A DNA stretch of 64,000 nucleotides from NCBI GenBank assembly GCA_041750285.1, contig JBGSZS010000009.1, positions 116,910 through 180,909 of the forward strand, written 5' to 3'. The position numbers and the translations under genes were made by a program. This document shows positions 9,482 to 20,538 of this stretch, piece by piece. The notes under the pieces are model-generated. The model saw nothing but the letters and a program-made list of their open reading frames with translations. It did not search any database and had not been told where the DNA came from. The first letter of the stretch is position 1. Each line of letters opens with the position of its first letter. Source of the stretch: Candidatus Fermentibacteraceae bacterium (lineage in GTDB: Bacteria; Fermentibacterota; Fermentibacteria; Fermentibacterales; JCC-6).

Positions 9482-11421
9482 TGGGTCTTCCCGAACTGGT
9501 CGACGGACAGCACCGCCGGTCCGGCGCCCTTGTTGAGCACGGCGCCCAGGGCTTCCCCGGCAAAACCGGGCAGCCTGGGAACCATGCGGTCCACGCGTGA
9601 AACCGCTCCGCCAACCGCTACCGGCATGGAGAGTTCCCTCTCCCCGGCTGCGAAGGGGGTCACGCTGAATGCCTCCATTATCCTCACTGCGCATGCCTGC
9701 GCAGCGGCACGGTCTGCTCCGGGGATGCAGACGAGGAATCTTCCCGGCGAGAACCTTGTCATGGTGTAGGTTTTGCCGAGGGTATCCGCGATCCGTTTCG
9801 CGGCATCCCCAAGAAGGGTGTCGCAGGTGCGTGGTCCATACTCGGCGTTCAATGCGCGGAACCCGCAGATGTCCACGGCCAGAACCGCAACGGACAGCCC
9901 CTTCCTTACATCGTCGACAAGACCAAGAAGCTCCTCCTGGAATGCCGAGTAACAGGGCAGCCCGGTGAGCCTGTCCCGATCGGAAAGGGATTCGATGCGT
10001 TCAAGGGCGGCCATTCTCGCAGAGAAGACTCCAAATACTGCGCCGACAGCCTCGAGCTGCTTCGAGTGCTCCGGGGTCACTCCGTTCTCACTGGAGCTCT
10101 CCACGACCAGCACCCCGAAGACAGCCCTCTCCGAGTAGAGCGGTACGGCGCAGCAGGAACCGACCTGCTGCTGGAGGTCATCATCGGAGATGAAGGGCCT
10201 GATCGATGAATCGCCCCTCCCCACGGCCCTGCGCAAAACGACCCGCCGATTCGACACTGCCCAGCCCGCCACGCCCTTGTCCGCCGGGAAAAGCCTTCCC
10301 CTGCGGGCCGAACTCATCGAGCCCAGGGTTTCGTAGGCCTGAAGCTCCCTGCCGTCTTCCGTGAGCACCGCAACGGTGACGGTCGCACTGTGGACATGCC
10401 TTGCGAGGTTGACCACCATGGAGTGGACGGCCGCCTTCAGCCCTGCCGAGGAGCCCAGTTCGATGCAGATGTCCGTGAGCATGCCGCCCGCGGGGCTTGC
10501 CGTGTCGCCCCACGCCGAGGAGATCACCCCGGCGCTGTCGAGCAGGACCTCGCCGGCCTCGGCCGGTGCGGGTCTGCTGAAGAAATCACACACATATACG
10601 CCCCCGAAGACACCGTTGCGGGAGAGCGGTATCATCACGACGCTCGCTGTGCCGGGATCTTCCATGTACCAGGGCAGCCTCCGGTCCACGGTGGCATCCA
10701 TTGTCACAAGTCCCTCTGACCTCAGAGCGGCCGACATGAATGGATCGGAGGGAGCCGGGAGGAAAGACTCGGGAACCGAACCGGACGACGCCAGGAAATC
10801 GGAGAGCCTCAGGGCGCCGGCTCCGTCCCGCACCACCAGGAAGACCCCGTTGGCGCCGGTTGCCCTGTGAAGAAGGGGAAGCATGCTTCGTGCGACATCT
10901 TCGGGAAAGAACCCGGGGCGGGCTTCCCTGCGGGCGCCGGGGCGCTGCATGCCCGGACGGGAATGACGCTCGAGCAGGAGGTCGGCCCCGAACATGCTCA
11001 AAAAAGGCGCGGCGAAAGCGGCAAGCCCGCCCGGAAGCAGGTTCAGCAGGGCAAAAGGGGTTCCCCACCCCGGCGAGAGGTGTCCGAGAAGCTCGGTAAC
11101 CGAGACCATGATCCCCGCGTGGTACAAAGGTCCTTCAATTGTGGGCATTCGCATCCAGAGGAAAAGAAGGGGATAAACGGCAACGGCGGGGGTGAATGCG
11201 CCGCCCAGAAGCCTTACCGAAAGGGAAGCCGCGGCGGCCACGCACAACACCACTCCCGAGCGTGGAGTGCTGTCACGAACATGGAGGTGCCAGGCAAAGA
11301 GCAGCGTGGCGCAAAGGAGCACGGCGCCCGTTGCCGTCGCGGGAAGCGTACCCGTACCCGGATAGCCCGCAGCCAGAACGGCAAAGGTCAGATGGGATAC
11401 CACGTTCAGAGCTGTCTCCAT
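9475..11421 (-). CDS. Membrane GAF-domain sensor with degenerate GGDEF domain
   Basis: N-terminal TM helices, two GAF-like regions (GVAGWAV; CCAVPL..VFGVLVVES), DRLTGL then GGDEF fold with SPGRF in place of GGDEF. Confidence 0.8.
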   Translation of the reverse strand: METALNVVSHLTFAVLAAGYPGTGTLPATATGAVLLCATLLFAWHLHVRDSTPRSGVVLCVAAAASLSVRLLGGAFTPAVAVYPLLFLWMRMPTIEGPLYHAGIMVSVTELLGHLSPGWGTPFALLNLLPGGLAAFAAPFLSMFGADLLLERHSRPGMQRPGARREARPGFFPEDVARSMLPLLHRATGANGVFLVVRDGAGALRLSDFLASSGSVPESFLPAPSDPFMSAALRSEGLVTMDATVDRRLPWYMEDPGTASVVMIPLSRNGVFGGVYVCDFFSRPAPAEAGEVLLDSAGVISSAWGDTASPAGGMLTDICIELGSSAGLKAAVHSMVVNLARHVHSATVTVAVLTEDGRELQAYETLGSMSSARRGRLFPADKGVAGWAVSNRRVVLRRAVGRGDSSIRPFISDDDLQQQVGSCCAVPLYSERAVFGVLVVESSSENGVTPEHSKQLEAVGAVFGVFSARMAALERIESLSDRDRLTGLPCYSAFQEELLGLVDDVRKGLSVAVLAVDICGFRALNAEYGPRTCDTLLGDAAKRIADTLGKTYTMTRFSPGRFLVCIPGADRAAAQACAVRIMEAFSVTPFAAGERELSMPVAVGGAVSRVDRMVPRLPGFAGEALGAVLNKGAGPAVLSVDQFGKTQC

Positions 11422-11604
11422 GATGACGAATGTAACGAAAACACCCGGGCGTGTGGAGGGGGTTGACGCGGTTGACGCAAGCTGAGATGATTACCATGTC
11501 AGTTTGGCGCAGGCCCATTTCCGGAACAACCCAATTCAGCCTTCAGCCGCAACCTTGTTGGTCAACCTGTATTCCGCCTTCATCGCGGTAGAATCTCACA
11601 ACCA

Positions 11605-12984
11605 TTGTATAGAAACAGCCGACAGCAGAAAAGGAAGGATCCCGCAGCCCCCCGGGAACCGCGGGACTACAGGGAGCCTGAAGCCCAGCCCAGACCTTCT
11701 TCCAGGGGCAGTCATCCCGCTTTCACAGGACCAACTTCCAGCGAGTTCGAAAGCAAGACGATCGCCGAGTTGCAGGCCCTCGCGAAAGAGATCGGCATAA
11801 AAAGGGTCTCGGGCGTCAGGAAGGGCGAGCTCATCCAGAGCCTTCTCGAGGCATCGGCGGAGAAGAACGGTTTTGACTATGCAAGGGGTGTTCTGGAGGT
11901 CCTGGGTGAGGGTTACGGCTTCCTCAGGTCACCCGAGTGCAATTACCTGCCGGGCGTTGAAGACGTCTACGTCTCTCCCTCGCAGATCAAGAAGTTCTCG
12001 CTTCTCACCGGCGACACCATAACGGGTCAGGCCAGAAGGCCCCGCGAAGGCGAGAAGTACTTCGCCCTGGTAAGGGTGGAGAACATAAACGGGCTCAACC
12101 CGGAAGCCAGCAGGAACCGCAGGAAGTTCGACGACCTGACACCCTTCTACCCCGAAGAAAAGTTCTCCCTCGAAACATCCCCCGACGAGTACTGCGGTCG
12201 CATCATGGACCTTCTCGCCCCGATCGGGAAAGGCCAGAGGGCACTCATAGTCTCACCCCCAAGGGCGGGCAAGACCATCCTCCTCCAGCACATCGCGAAC
12301 GCAATCACGGCAACGAGCCCCGAATCCCACCTGATAATTCTCCTCATCGACGAGCGCCCCGAGGAAGTCACCGACATGAAGCGCAACGTCAAGGCCGAGG
12401 TGATAAGCTCAACCTTCGACGAGGCTCCCAAACGGCATGTTCACATTGCCGACCTGGTCCTCGAGAAGGCAAAACGAATGGTGGAGTGCGGCAGGGATGT
12501 CGTTATCCTTCTCGACAGCATCACCAGGCTTGCCAGGGCCAACAACCAGGTGGTTCCACACTCGGGCAAGATCCTTTCCGGCGGAGTCGACTCCAACGCC
12601 CTTCAGCGCCCGAAGCGCTTCTTCGGTGCCGCCCGCAACATCGTCGAGGGGGGAAGCCTGACAATAGTCGGTACCGCACTGGTGGATACCGGCAGCCGGA
12701 TGGACGAAGTGATCTTCGAGGAGTTCAAGGGAACCGGCAATTGCGAGATAATCCTCGACAGGCGCCTGGCGGACCGCAGGATCTTCCCGGCCATAGACAT
12801 AACGCGTTCGGGCACCCGGCGTGAAGACCTTCTCTTCTCAGAAGACACACTCAGCAGGGTCTGGGTAATGCGCAAGATCCTGGTGGAAATGAACCCGGTG
12901 GAAGCCATGGAAACGCTAAAGAAGCAGCTTTCCAAACACAATTCCAACAAGCGCTTCCTTGACAACCTGGTAACATCGGAATAG
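11605..12984 (+). CDS. rho: Transcription termination factor Rho
   Basis: [48 protein letters not shown]; exact start uncertain. Confidence 0.97.
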   Translation: MYRNSRQQKRKDPAAPREPRDYREPEAQPRPSSRGSHPAFTGPTSSEFESKTIAELQALAKEIGIKRVSGVRKGELIQSLLEASAEKNGFDYARGVLEVLGEGYGFLRSPECNYLPGVEDVYVSPSQIKKFSLLTGDTITGQARRPREGEKYFALVRVENINGLNPEASRNRRKFDDLTPFYPEEKFSLETSPDEYCGRIMDLLAPIGKGQRALIVSPPRAGKTILLQHIANAITATSPESHLIILLIDERPEEVTDMKRNVKAEVISSTFDEAPKRHVHIADLVLEKAKRMVECGRDVVILLDSITRLARANNQVVPHSGKILSGGVDSNALQRPKRFFGAARNIVEGGSLTIVGTALVDTGSRMDEVIFEEFKGTGNCEIILDRRLADRRIFPAIDITRSGTRREDLLFSEDTLSRVWVMRKILVEMNPVEAMETLKKQLSKHNSNKRFLDNLVTSE

Positions 12985-13016
12985 ATTTCGGGCGGTTTTT
13001 CCATGGAGGATCTCAA

Positions 13017-13241
13017 GTGAAAAAGGGCATTCATCCCAAGTACAAACCCGCCGTGTTTTCCTGCGCATGCGGCAACACGGTGAGCACACGCTCCACGGTG
13101 GGTGACGTGAAGTATGACATCTGCTCGGCCTGCCATCCCTTCTACACGGGCAAGCAGAAGCTTATCGACTCCGCTGGCCGCGTGGACAAGTACCTTCGCA
13201 AGTACGGTTTGAACAAGGAAGAGAACACCGGCGGAAACTAG
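13017..13241 (+). CDS. rpmE: 50S ribosomal protein L31, zinc-binding type
   Basis: [31 protein letters not shown]. Confidence 0.97.
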   Translation: MKKGIHPKYKPAVFSCACGNTVSTRSTVGDVKYDICSACHPFYTGKQKLIDSAGRVDKYLRKYGLNKEENTGGN

Positions 13242-13261
13242 CCCGGCGGGGAAGAGTTGTG

Positions 13262-13289
13262 GCGGGGGGCGTGCGCGCCCCCCGCTTGT
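13262..13289 (+). terminator. GC-rich hairpin after rpmE
   Basis: GCGGGGGGC-GTGCGC-GCCCCCCGC followed by TTGT. Confidence 0.5.
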
Positions 13290-13310
13290 GCTCATGGACG
13301 GGAGGGCGAT

Positions 13311-14240
13311 TTGCCTGCTTCGAGTTCCCTTGGCGGCCAGGCACTTGTGGAGGGCGTGTTCATGCGCTCCCCTGCGGGTTCCGCAGCGGCTGTCCGCATG
13401 CCTGACGGCAGAATACTGGCAAGACGTTTCAACATGCCCCTTCTCTCGGCCAGTGGAGCCATCTGGAAAAGGCCCGTCTTCCGCGGCGCCGCTTCACTTG
13501 TCGATTCCATGCGCCTTGGTTTCACTGCCCTGAACTGGTCCGCCGAGGCCGCCGAAGGCAAAAAAAGCAAGGGCGGAAGCGGATGGCTGACAACCGCTGT
13601 TGCGGTTCTCCTGGCTGTGGCCCTGTTCTCGTGGCTGCCCCTCAGGCTCTCACAGTGGGTGTTCCCGGGGGCCGGTTCGGGGGGCCAGTTCGTGGTTCAC
13701 CTGACGGCGGGGCTGCTGCGTATGGTCTTCTTCGTGCTCTACATAGCGGGCATCTCGTTTATGCCCGACGTCAAGCGGCTTTTCGCCTATCATGGTGCCG
13801 AGCACCAGGTTATCCACGCCTGGGAGGACGGCGAGACAGACCTCGCCGCTGCGGGTGGCAACCGGAATCCCGTACATCCCAGGTGCGGAACCAGCTTCCT
13901 TCTTTACGCCATGATCATCACCATTCTCTTCTACACCATCGTTGATTCCATGGTCGTTGCCTTTCTTAACGTCTCCCCCGGACCGCTCGTGAGGGTTCTC
14001 TACCACCTTCCCCTGGTTCCCCTGGTGATGGGGCTTTCCTACGAGATCCTCAAGCTTGCGGACCGCCACCTCGAAACTTCGGCCGTTGCAAGGCTGTTTT
14101 CCGCCCCCGGTCTTCTTCTGCAAAAGCTCACCACCCGCAGGGCGGACCGTTCAATGCTGGAGGTGGCTGCGGTCGCGGCGGGTCTCGCCCTTGGTCGCGA
14201 CCAGGCGGACAACCCCGGAGTGGAGATGGCAGAGTGCTGA
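13311..14240 (+). CDS. DUF1385 domain membrane protein
   Basis: [23 protein letters not shown] motifs; usual rpmE-DUF1385-prfA order; TTG start after GGAGGG. Confidence 0.88.
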   Translation: MPASSSLGGQALVEGVFMRSPAGSAAAVRMPDGRILARRFNMPLLSASGAIWKRPVFRGAASLVDSMRLGFTALNWSAEAAEGKKSKGGSGWLTTAVAVLLAVALFSWLPLRLSQWVFPGAGSGGQFVVHLTAGLLRMVFFVLYIAGISFMPDVKRLFAYHGAEHQVIHAWEDGETDLAAAGGNRNPVHPRCGTSFLLYAMIITILFYTIVDSMVVAFLNVSPGPLVRVLYHLPLVPLVMGLSYEILKLADRHLETSAVARLFSAPGLLLQKLTTRRADRSMLEVAAVAAGLALGRDQADNPGVEMAEC

Positions 14241-15310
14241 ACTCCATGAGGATCGACGGCATCCGCGAGAGGATCGCGCAGATAGATGATTCTCTGTGCA
14301 GTTCCGACACACAGCGGAACCCAAGGCTTCTCCGCGAACTGAACACTGAAAGGAACTCGCTTTCCAGGATACTGGACACACTTGTGGCCATATCCGAATC
14401 CCGAAGCCTTCTGGAGGAGATGCACGAGGCGCTTTCAGGAGACGACGAGGAACTGCGGGAACTCGCCCGCGAAGAGGTTCCCCGGATAGATGAGCGGCTT
14501 CGTGAACTCGAGACCAGGCTGAGGGTTCTTCTCATCCCCCCCGATCCCAACGATTCCCGGAACGTCGTGATGGAGATCCGCGCCGGAACGGGAGGTGAAG
14601 AGGCTGCGCTGTTCGCGGGATCGATCTACGGGATGTACACTTCCTACGCCATTTCGAAGGGCTGGCGGATCGAGCCCATCAGCGCACGGGAGAGCGAAAA
14701 GGGCGGCTTCAGGGAGATCGTCTACGCCCTCTCGGGCGATTCCGTCTACAGCCGTCTCAAGTACGAGGCCGGGGTCCATCGCGTTCAGAGGGTCCCGGAG
14801 ACGGAGAGTTCCGGCCGCATCCACACGTCGGCCTGCACCGTTGCGGTGCTTCCCGAAGCCGAGGATGTCGAGGTCGACATCGCGCCCGAAGATCTTCGGA
14901 TCGATGTGTTCCGTTCTTCGGGGCCGGGCGGTCAGAGCGTGAATACGACCGACAGCGCCGTGCGGATAACCCACATCCCGACCGGAACCGTAGTCAGCTG
15001 CCAGGACGAGAAAAGCCAGCACAAGAACCGTGCCCAGGCAATGAAAGTCCTTCGTTCAAGGCTTCTTGCCGTGAAGCAGGAAGAGGAAATGGCCAGGAGG
15101 TCGGAAGCCAGGAAGAGCATGGTCGGCTCCGGCGACCGCAGCGCCAAGATCAGAACCTACAACTTCCCCCAGGGCAGGGTGACCGATCACCGGATACACC
15201 TCACCCTCCATAACCTTCAGGGCATCCTTCAGGGTGACCTCGACGGTCTCATCGATGCCCTGGTCGCCGCCGACCAGGAGAAAATGCTCTCGGACCGTTC
15301 GGTGAAATGA
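14234..15310 (+). CDS. prfA: Peptide chain release factor 1
   Basis: [22 protein letters not shown] (PxT), GPGGQSVN (GGQ), [16 protein letters not shown]. Confidence 0.96.
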   Translation: MLNSMRIDGIRERIAQIDDSLCSSDTQRNPRLLRELNTERNSLSRILDTLVAISESRSLLEEMHEALSGDDEELRELAREEVPRIDERLRELETRLRVLLIPPDPNDSRNVVMEIRAGTGGEEAALFAGSIYGMYTSYAISKGWRIEPISARESEKGGFREIVYALSGDSVYSRLKYEAGVHRVQRVPETESSGRIHTSACTVAVLPEAEDVEVDIAPEDLRIDVFRSSGPGGQSVNTTDSAVRITHIPTGTVVSCQDEKSQHKNRAQAMKVLRSRLLAVKQEEEMARRSEARKSMVGSGDRSAKIRTYNFPQGRVTDHRIHLTLHNLQGILQGDLDGLIDALVAADQEKMLSDRSVK

Positions 15311-16131
15311 ACCTTCACCTGCTAGTGAAGGAACTCACCGCAATCGTTTCCGGCACCGACCAGCCGTACAGGGAAGCCAGGCTTCTGGCTGCCTCCCTTT
15401 TCGGGGGAGACATGGCGGCAATGTACCGTAGCTATCGCACCGATGTGTCACCCGAATCCGCCTGCCGCCTCAGACTTGCTGCTGTGCGGAGGGCCAGGGG
15501 CGAACCACTTCAACACATCCTGGGCGAAGCGTGGTTCCACGGGCGAAGGTTTGTCTGCGATGGAAGGGCGCTTGTACCAAGACCGGAGACTGAAACCCTG
15601 GTTGATGCGGTGCTTGCGGCCGGCCTGCCCCGGAATCCGCGGGTACTGGATGTCGGGACGGGAAGCGGAGTGATAGGAATCACGCTGGCACTGTCCATAC
15701 CCGGGAGTTCCGTGACCGGAACCGACATAAGTCCGGCGTCAGCAGCGCTGGCAAGGGAAAACGCGCGGCTTCTGGGAGCGGCCGGCTTCACGGTCATCGA
15801 GACAGATCTGGCCGCTGGACTCGAAGGCTTGTTTCACGCTGTGGTCTCCAACCCACCATACATCCCGACGGGCGACATCCCGGGTCTGATGCCCGAAGTC
15901 CGGTTCGACCCGGTCGAAGCACTTGACGGCGGAGCTTCAGGCCTCGACTGTACGGGCAGACTTGTGTATGAAGCGGGGGGCGTGCTGCTTCCGGGAGGGC
16001 TGCTGGCCATCGAGATCGGCTGCGACCAGTCCCGTGCCGTATGCGACATGTTGTTGAACTGGAATGACGTGAGAGTTGTCGATGACCTGTCCGGAAGGCC
16101 GAGGGTGGTAACTGCAAGGCGGAAACCCTGA
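15307..16131 (+). CDS. prmC: Release factor glutamine methyltransferase
   Basis: [30 protein letters not shown]; follows prfA. Confidence 0.95.
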   Translation: MNLHLLVKELTAIVSGTDQPYREARLLAASLFGGDMAAMYRSYRTDVSPESACRLRLAAVRRARGEPLQHILGEAWFHGRRFVCDGRALVPRPETETLVDAVLAAGLPRNPRVLDVGTGSGVIGITLALSIPGSSVTGTDISPASAALARENARLLGAAGFTVIETDLAAGLEGLFHAVVSNPPYIPTGDIPGLMPEVRFDPVEALDGGASGLDCTGRLVYEAGGVLLPGGLLAIEIGCDQSRAVCDMLLNWNDVRVVDDLSGRPRVVTARRKP

Positions 16132-16132
16132 C

Positions 16133-17206
16133 ATGGCAAGCAGACTGCAGGTCTGCGCAGGGGGGCTTCTGATCGGGGGCGGAGCTCCGGTATCGGTGCA
16201 ATCCATGACGACCACCCCCACGAAGGATGCCGCTGCAACGCGTGCCCAGGTCCGCGCCCTGGCATCCGCCGGAGCTGCCCTGGTCAGGGTGTCGGTCCCC
16301 GACGAGGAATCCGCCCGTGCGCTCCCCGAGATCCTCGAGAATTCACCGGTGCCCATTGCGGCGGACATCCACTTCCAGACCCGCCTTGCCATGCTGTCCC
16401 TCGATGCGGGCATTCACAAGCTCAGGCTGAACCCCGGCAACATCCGTAGGCGGAAGGATGTCTGGCGGATCGCGGAGAAGGCGGCCGAGCTGAATGTGCC
16501 GATCAGGATCGGGGTCAACTCGGGAAGCATTCCGGGCGACGTGAGGGAAAAGTACGGATCGGGGGTCGATGGCCTGTGGGCAGCTGCCGAACGCCATCTG
16601 GGGCTCCTGGGTGAAACGGGGTTCACCCGGACTGTGGTTTCCATCAAGGCGTCCGACCCCATGCTGACCGTGTCGGCAAACCTCAAGGCAGCATCACTGT
16701 GCGACCACCCTCTGCATCTCGGCGTCACCGAGGCAGGCCCCCCGTCGACCGCGGGTGTCCGAAGCGCCGTGGCAATGGCCCTGCTTCTCTCCCGGGGCGT
16801 TGGCGACACCATCAGGGTCAGCTCGTCGGGCTCCCCTCTTGTGGAACCCCCCATGGGCCTTGAAATATTATCTTCACTCGGGATGCTGCGCCGTGCAAGG
16901 GTCGTCAGCTGCCCGACATGCGCCAGGGCACGGCTGGATGTGGCAGCACTGGCGGAAGAGGTCGGGATTGCCCTGAGATCCTGCGAGGCTCCTATCACCG
17001 TGGCGGTGATGGGATGTGAGGTAAACGGTCCCGGGGAAGCCCGGGAAGCTGATATTGCGCTTATTGGAACCCCGACGGGAATCCTTCTCTGGCTGCATGG
17101 AAAGGCTGCGGGAGAGGTTGCACCGGAACAGGCACTTCAAACCCTGATGAGGGAGATAGCGCGGTTCTCCGCGCCGGGAGGAAACTGTGAACGAGAACGC
17201 AGTTGA
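16133..17206 (+). CDS. ispG: 4-hydroxy-3-methylbut-2-en-1-yl diphosphate synthase
   Basis: VSVQSMT, ADIHF, RLNPGNI, IRIGVNSGS, LHLGVTEAG, CPTCAR and AVMGCEVNGPGEA Fe-S ligands. Confidence 0.96.
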   Translation: MASRLQVCAGGLLIGGGAPVSVQSMTTTPTKDAAATRAQVRALASAGAALVRVSVPDEESARALPEILENSPVPIAADIHFQTRLAMLSLDAGIHKLRLNPGNIRRRKDVWRIAEKAAELNVPIRIGVNSGSIPGDVREKYGSGVDGLWAAAERHLGLLGETGFTRTVVSIKASDPMLTVSANLKAASLCDHPLHLGVTEAGPPSTAGVRSAVAMALLLSRGVGDTIRVSSSGSPLVEPPMGLEILSSLGMLRRARVVSCPTCARARLDVAALAEEVGIALRSCEAPITVAVMGCEVNGPGEAREADIALIGTPTGILLWLHGKAAGEVAPEQALQTLMREIARFSAPGGNCERERS

Positions 17207-18611
17207 GGCCGTAAGAAAAAAACTCGTGGAACGGTGCATCGAAGAGATCGACATCCGTTTCTGCGATCTTCTGGGTTTCTGGAGGCATGTTACGCTGCCC
17301 GCGGCGCTGGGCGATTCCGACCTTTTCACAAGGGGGGTGGGGTTCGACGGCTCAACCCTTGAAGGCATGACCTCCACCGAGGCGGGCGACCTGAGCCTGG
17401 TCCCGGACCCGAGAAGGATATTCTTCGATCCCTTCATGAAAAAGCCCACTGCGGCCTTCATCGGCGACATCATCCATCCCGATTCGGGACGCCCCTTTTC
17501 CCGAGACCCAAGAGGTGTGGCCAGAAAGGCAGCTGAACTGGCCAAGTTCGAGGGTGCCGCCACTGAAACCTTCTGGGCCCCCGAATTCGAGTTCTACCTC
17601 TTCGACAAGGCGTCGTTCTGGACAAGGCCCGGCACCGCGGGGTACTCATTCGAGCACATAGAGATGCCCTCTTCTGCCGAGCACCACCAGAACATGGGGC
17701 TTGTTCACGGCACCCATTCCGCATACCACATGATGCCCCCGCTTGACAGCATGCATGACCTGCGGGCCGAGATGGCGGCCCACATGACCGCGGCCGGAAT
17801 ACCCGTGAAGTACCACCACCACGAGGTGGGAAGGTTCGGTCAGTGCGAGATCGAGACGCGGTTCATGCCCCTGCTCAACGCGGCTGACACCATCATGATC
17901 ACGAAGCACATAGTCCGCAACGTGGCCATGAGGGGCAACATGGCCTCGACTTTCATGGCCAAGCCGCTGCCCGCGCAGCCGGGAAGCGGCATGCACTTCC
18001 ACATCTATTTCGAGAAGAACGGTGAGCGGACCTTCTTCGACCGTGACGGATACTGCTGCCTGAGCGCAATGGCCCGAAGCGCCATCGCCGGCATTCTTCA
18101 CCACGCCCGGTCGCTCTGCGCTTTTACGAATCCCAGCGTGAACAGCTACCACAGGCTCGTACCCGCCCAGGAGGCCCCCGTCTTCAGGTTCTTCAGCGGC
18201 CCGAACCGAAGCAGCGCCATAAGGGTTCCAGCCTACGCCAGAACCCCCCAGAAAATGCGCTTCGAATACCGGGTCCCCGACGGCACGAGCAATCCGTATC
18301 TGTGCACCTCGGCCATCCTCATGGCAGCGCTCGACGGGATAAGAAAGCACATGGAACCCGAAGAGATGGGGTTCGGCCCGATAGACGACAACGTGTTCGC
18401 CCCCGGCTACGACACATCGGCCCTTGCCAGGCTTCCCGAGAACCTCGGCCAGTCTCTCGACGCGCTGTCGGAGGACAGGGCATACCTCGAAGAGAACGGT
18501 GTTTTCGAGCCGGACCTCATCGACAGCCTCATCCAGGTGAAACGTGAAGAACTGCGTAGTTTCAGCGGGAACCCGCATCCACTTGAACACATGCTCTACT
18601 TCTCTCTCTGA
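17187..18611 (+). CDS. glnA: Type I glutamine synthetase
   Basis: FDGS, PEFEFYLFD, HHHEV, GSGMH, RLVP..EAP, NRS.AIRVP, RFEYRVPD..SNPYL. Confidence 0.92.
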   Translation: MNENAVEAVRKKLVERCIEEIDIRFCDLLGFWRHVTLPAALGDSDLFTRGVGFDGSTLEGMTSTEAGDLSLVPDPRRIFFDPFMKKPTAAFIGDIIHPDSGRPFSRDPRGVARKAAELAKFEGAATETFWAPEFEFYLFDKASFWTRPGTAGYSFEHIEMPSSAEHHQNMGLVHGTHSAYHMMPPLDSMHDLRAEMAAHMTAAGIPVKYHHHEVGRFGQCEIETRFMPLLNAADTIMITKHIVRNVAMRGNMASTFMAKPLPAQPGSGMHFHIYFEKNGERTFFDRDGYCCLSAMARSAIAGILHHARSLCAFTNPSVNSYHRLVPAQEAPVFRFFSGPNRSSAIRVPAYARTPQKMRFEYRVPDGTSNPYLCTSAILMAALDGIRKHMEPEEMGFGPIDDNVFAPGYDTSALARLPENLGQSLDALSEDRAYLEENGVFEPDLIDSLIQVKREELRSFSGNPHPLEHMLYFSL

Positions 18612-18621
18612 AGGAAGAAGG

Positions 18622-19767
18622 ATGGTTATGAAGCTTTTACCGGCAAGTGCGCTTTTTCTTGCACTGCTTCTCTCTTCGGCGTGCGGACCTGCGGATCAGC
18701 CCGTGCAGGCCGGCGATACCGAAACCGAAACCGGCCCTTCGATGCCCGACGCCGAACTCTGGCTCACCATCTCCGACTCGATAGGAATCGAGATCGGCGA
18801 CAGCAACCTTGTACTTGGAATGCCGGCGGTGGCGGCCTGGATGCCCGAAAACCGGCTTGCTGTAATGGATATGCAGAAGTACAGGGTATCGGTGTTCACT
18901 CCCGGGGGCGATTTCATCACTTCCATCGGGCGCCAGGGCAGCGGTCCGGGCGAGTTCCTCCTCCCGTCGTGGCTTTCGGTCACACCCTCGGGGGGACTTG
19001 CAGTATGTGACGCCATGGCCGGCGAACTCGATTTCTTCAGCCCCACTCTCGAGTACACCGGAAGCCTCAGCGGCTTCTTCCCAAGCCCCCCCGTGATCAC
19101 CGTCTTCCTCCAGGACACCGTTTTCGTCGGCATGAAGCCCGAGTTCGAGCAGAACGACGACGGCATGTTCATGGGCTACGCAGTGGCCCTGTGGAACACC
19201 ACGTCGCCCGAGCCCGTTGTCACCTACCATCGTGAGCTCGCTCCCTTCGACCCGTCGGACATGTCCGGCATAACAGGCAACATGGTTGTCTTTGCAGCTT
19301 CTCCAGAAGGTTTCGTCTACACCTCGATGCTCTCCACCGAGGCATATTCGGTGAACGGCTGGAACCCCGACGGCACACCGCTGTTCACGATCAGCGAGCC
19401 TTTCAGCAGGGTTCCCAAGACCCAGGAGGACATCGACACCGAGAGGCAGTTCGTGAGGGACCGGATGCGCCAGGGTGGCGCCCCCGATTTCATGGTGGAG
19501 ACCTACGAGCCCGAACCTTTCCGTTACGCCATCGGCTCACTGGGGATATCACCCGACGGAAACCTCTGGGTCGGTCTGGGCACCTATAACCACCCGGTTT
19601 TCAGGGTGTACGATCCCCGGACGGGCGACTATCTCTTCACGGCGGCACTCGAGGTAACGGGAGAAGAGCGTGAACTCACCGTTCAGATGAACCAGTGGGG
19701 ATTCACCGCCATCGACCAGATCTCCGCGGACTGGCCTCGGGTATACGTTCTGGAGGAGTTGAACTGA
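18622..19767 (+). CDS. 6-bladed beta-propeller (NHL-like) lipoprotein
   Basis: Lipobox LSSAC, IGRQGSGPGEF NHL-type motif, DGNLWV; paralog of 38705-39811. Confidence 0.75.
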   Translation: MVMKLLPASALFLALLLSSACGPADQPVQAGDTETETGPSMPDAELWLTISDSIGIEIGDSNLVLGMPAVAAWMPENRLAVMDMQKYRVSVFTPGGDFITSIGRQGSGPGEFLLPSWLSVTPSGGLAVCDAMAGELDFFSPTLEYTGSLSGFFPSPPVITVFLQDTVFVGMKPEFEQNDDGMFMGYAVALWNTTSPEPVVTYHRELAPFDPSDMSGITGNMVVFAASPEGFVYTSMLSTEAYSVNGWNPDGTPLFTISEPFSRVPKTQEDIDTERQFVRDRMRQGGAPDFMVETYEPEPFRYAIGSLGISPDGNLWVGLGTYNHPVFRVYDPRTGDYLFTAALEVTGEERELTVQMNQWGFTAIDQISADWPRVYVLEELN

Positions 19768-20015
19768 TGGTGCTGATCGCGCTGCTGCTTTCCTTCGGGA
19801 CCGGCTTCCGATGTCCGGAGACCGGAAGCAGCGCGATCACACGCTTCCTTCCCGATTTCCTGACCCAGTCCGTTGAGGCCGTCTGCGAGAAGATGTCCGA
19901 TGTCATGGCCAGATACGGCACCGTGGAAATAGGAGACACTGGCCTCGAGCTGCGGATAAGCCCCTACGATCCGTTTTCCGGACGCTCGAAGGTCGACCTC
20001 AGGATCAGTTTCTGA
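19767..20015 (+). CDS. Small hypothetical secreted or outer-membrane protein
   Basis: GGAGGAG RBS, start overlaps the upstream TGA, hydrophobic N-terminus, C-terminal Phe. Confidence 0.55.
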   Translation: MVLIALLLSFGTGFRCPETGSSAITRFLPDFLTQSVEAVCEKMSDVMARYGTVEIGDTGLELRISPYDPFSGRSKVDLRISF

Positions 20016-20538
20016 ACAGGAGCGCCCTGACGGGTGAACCGTCGCCCCCGACTATCCGCAGGGGAAGACACACAAGGGTGTAACACCCGTGTTCGACGCC
20101 TTCGAGCAGAAGGTTCTCGACAACGGGGATGCCGGCTCCCAGAAGCGCCAGATGGGCATCGTCGCAGTCACCGTGGTCTATGGACATATCTGCCGTGCCC
20201 ACAAGCACTGCCCCGCGCTCCACAAGCTCCGAGGCCTCGATGCCGGTCACGCTGCGGGTCAGAAGGACCGCAACCCCCATGCAGTGTTCGGGGACCGAGT
20301 CGCAAACCAGCGCGGGAAGCACCATCCTGCTGATCGGTATCATGTCTATCGGAGCGCCGCCGGGTATCCTGTGAAGGGGGGCGTCCATGTGGGTGCCCGA
20401 ATGGGCGCTCATCCTGATGCGGGAAATGGTCCATTCCCCCTGAACCACCTCCGTCCTGCGGAAGGGAGCGTCGCCGGGCCACGGCTCGGTATCGCGGGAA
20501 AGGGGTCTTGTGATGTCGATGGCGCTGCTTCCATTCAT
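20005..20538 (-). CDS. Cyclase family protein (kynurenine formamidase-like)
   Basis: HSGTHMDAPLH, H..LL.AGIPVVENL, LPLRIVGGDGSPVRA. Confidence 0.88.
   Translation of the reverse strand: MNGSSAIDITRPLSRDTEPWPGDAPFRRTEVVQGEWTISRIRMSAHSGTHMDAPLHRIPGGAPIDMIPISRMVLPALVCDSVPEHCMGVAVLLTRSVTGIEASELVERGAVLVGTADMSIDHGDCDDAHLALLGAGIPVVENLLLEGVEHGCYTLVCLPLRIVGGDGSPVRALLFRN

Noticed and set aside
14234..15310. Programmed frameshift in the release factor gene
   Set aside because: The gene is RF1 (PxT motif) with a continuous ORF; the frameshift applies to prfB
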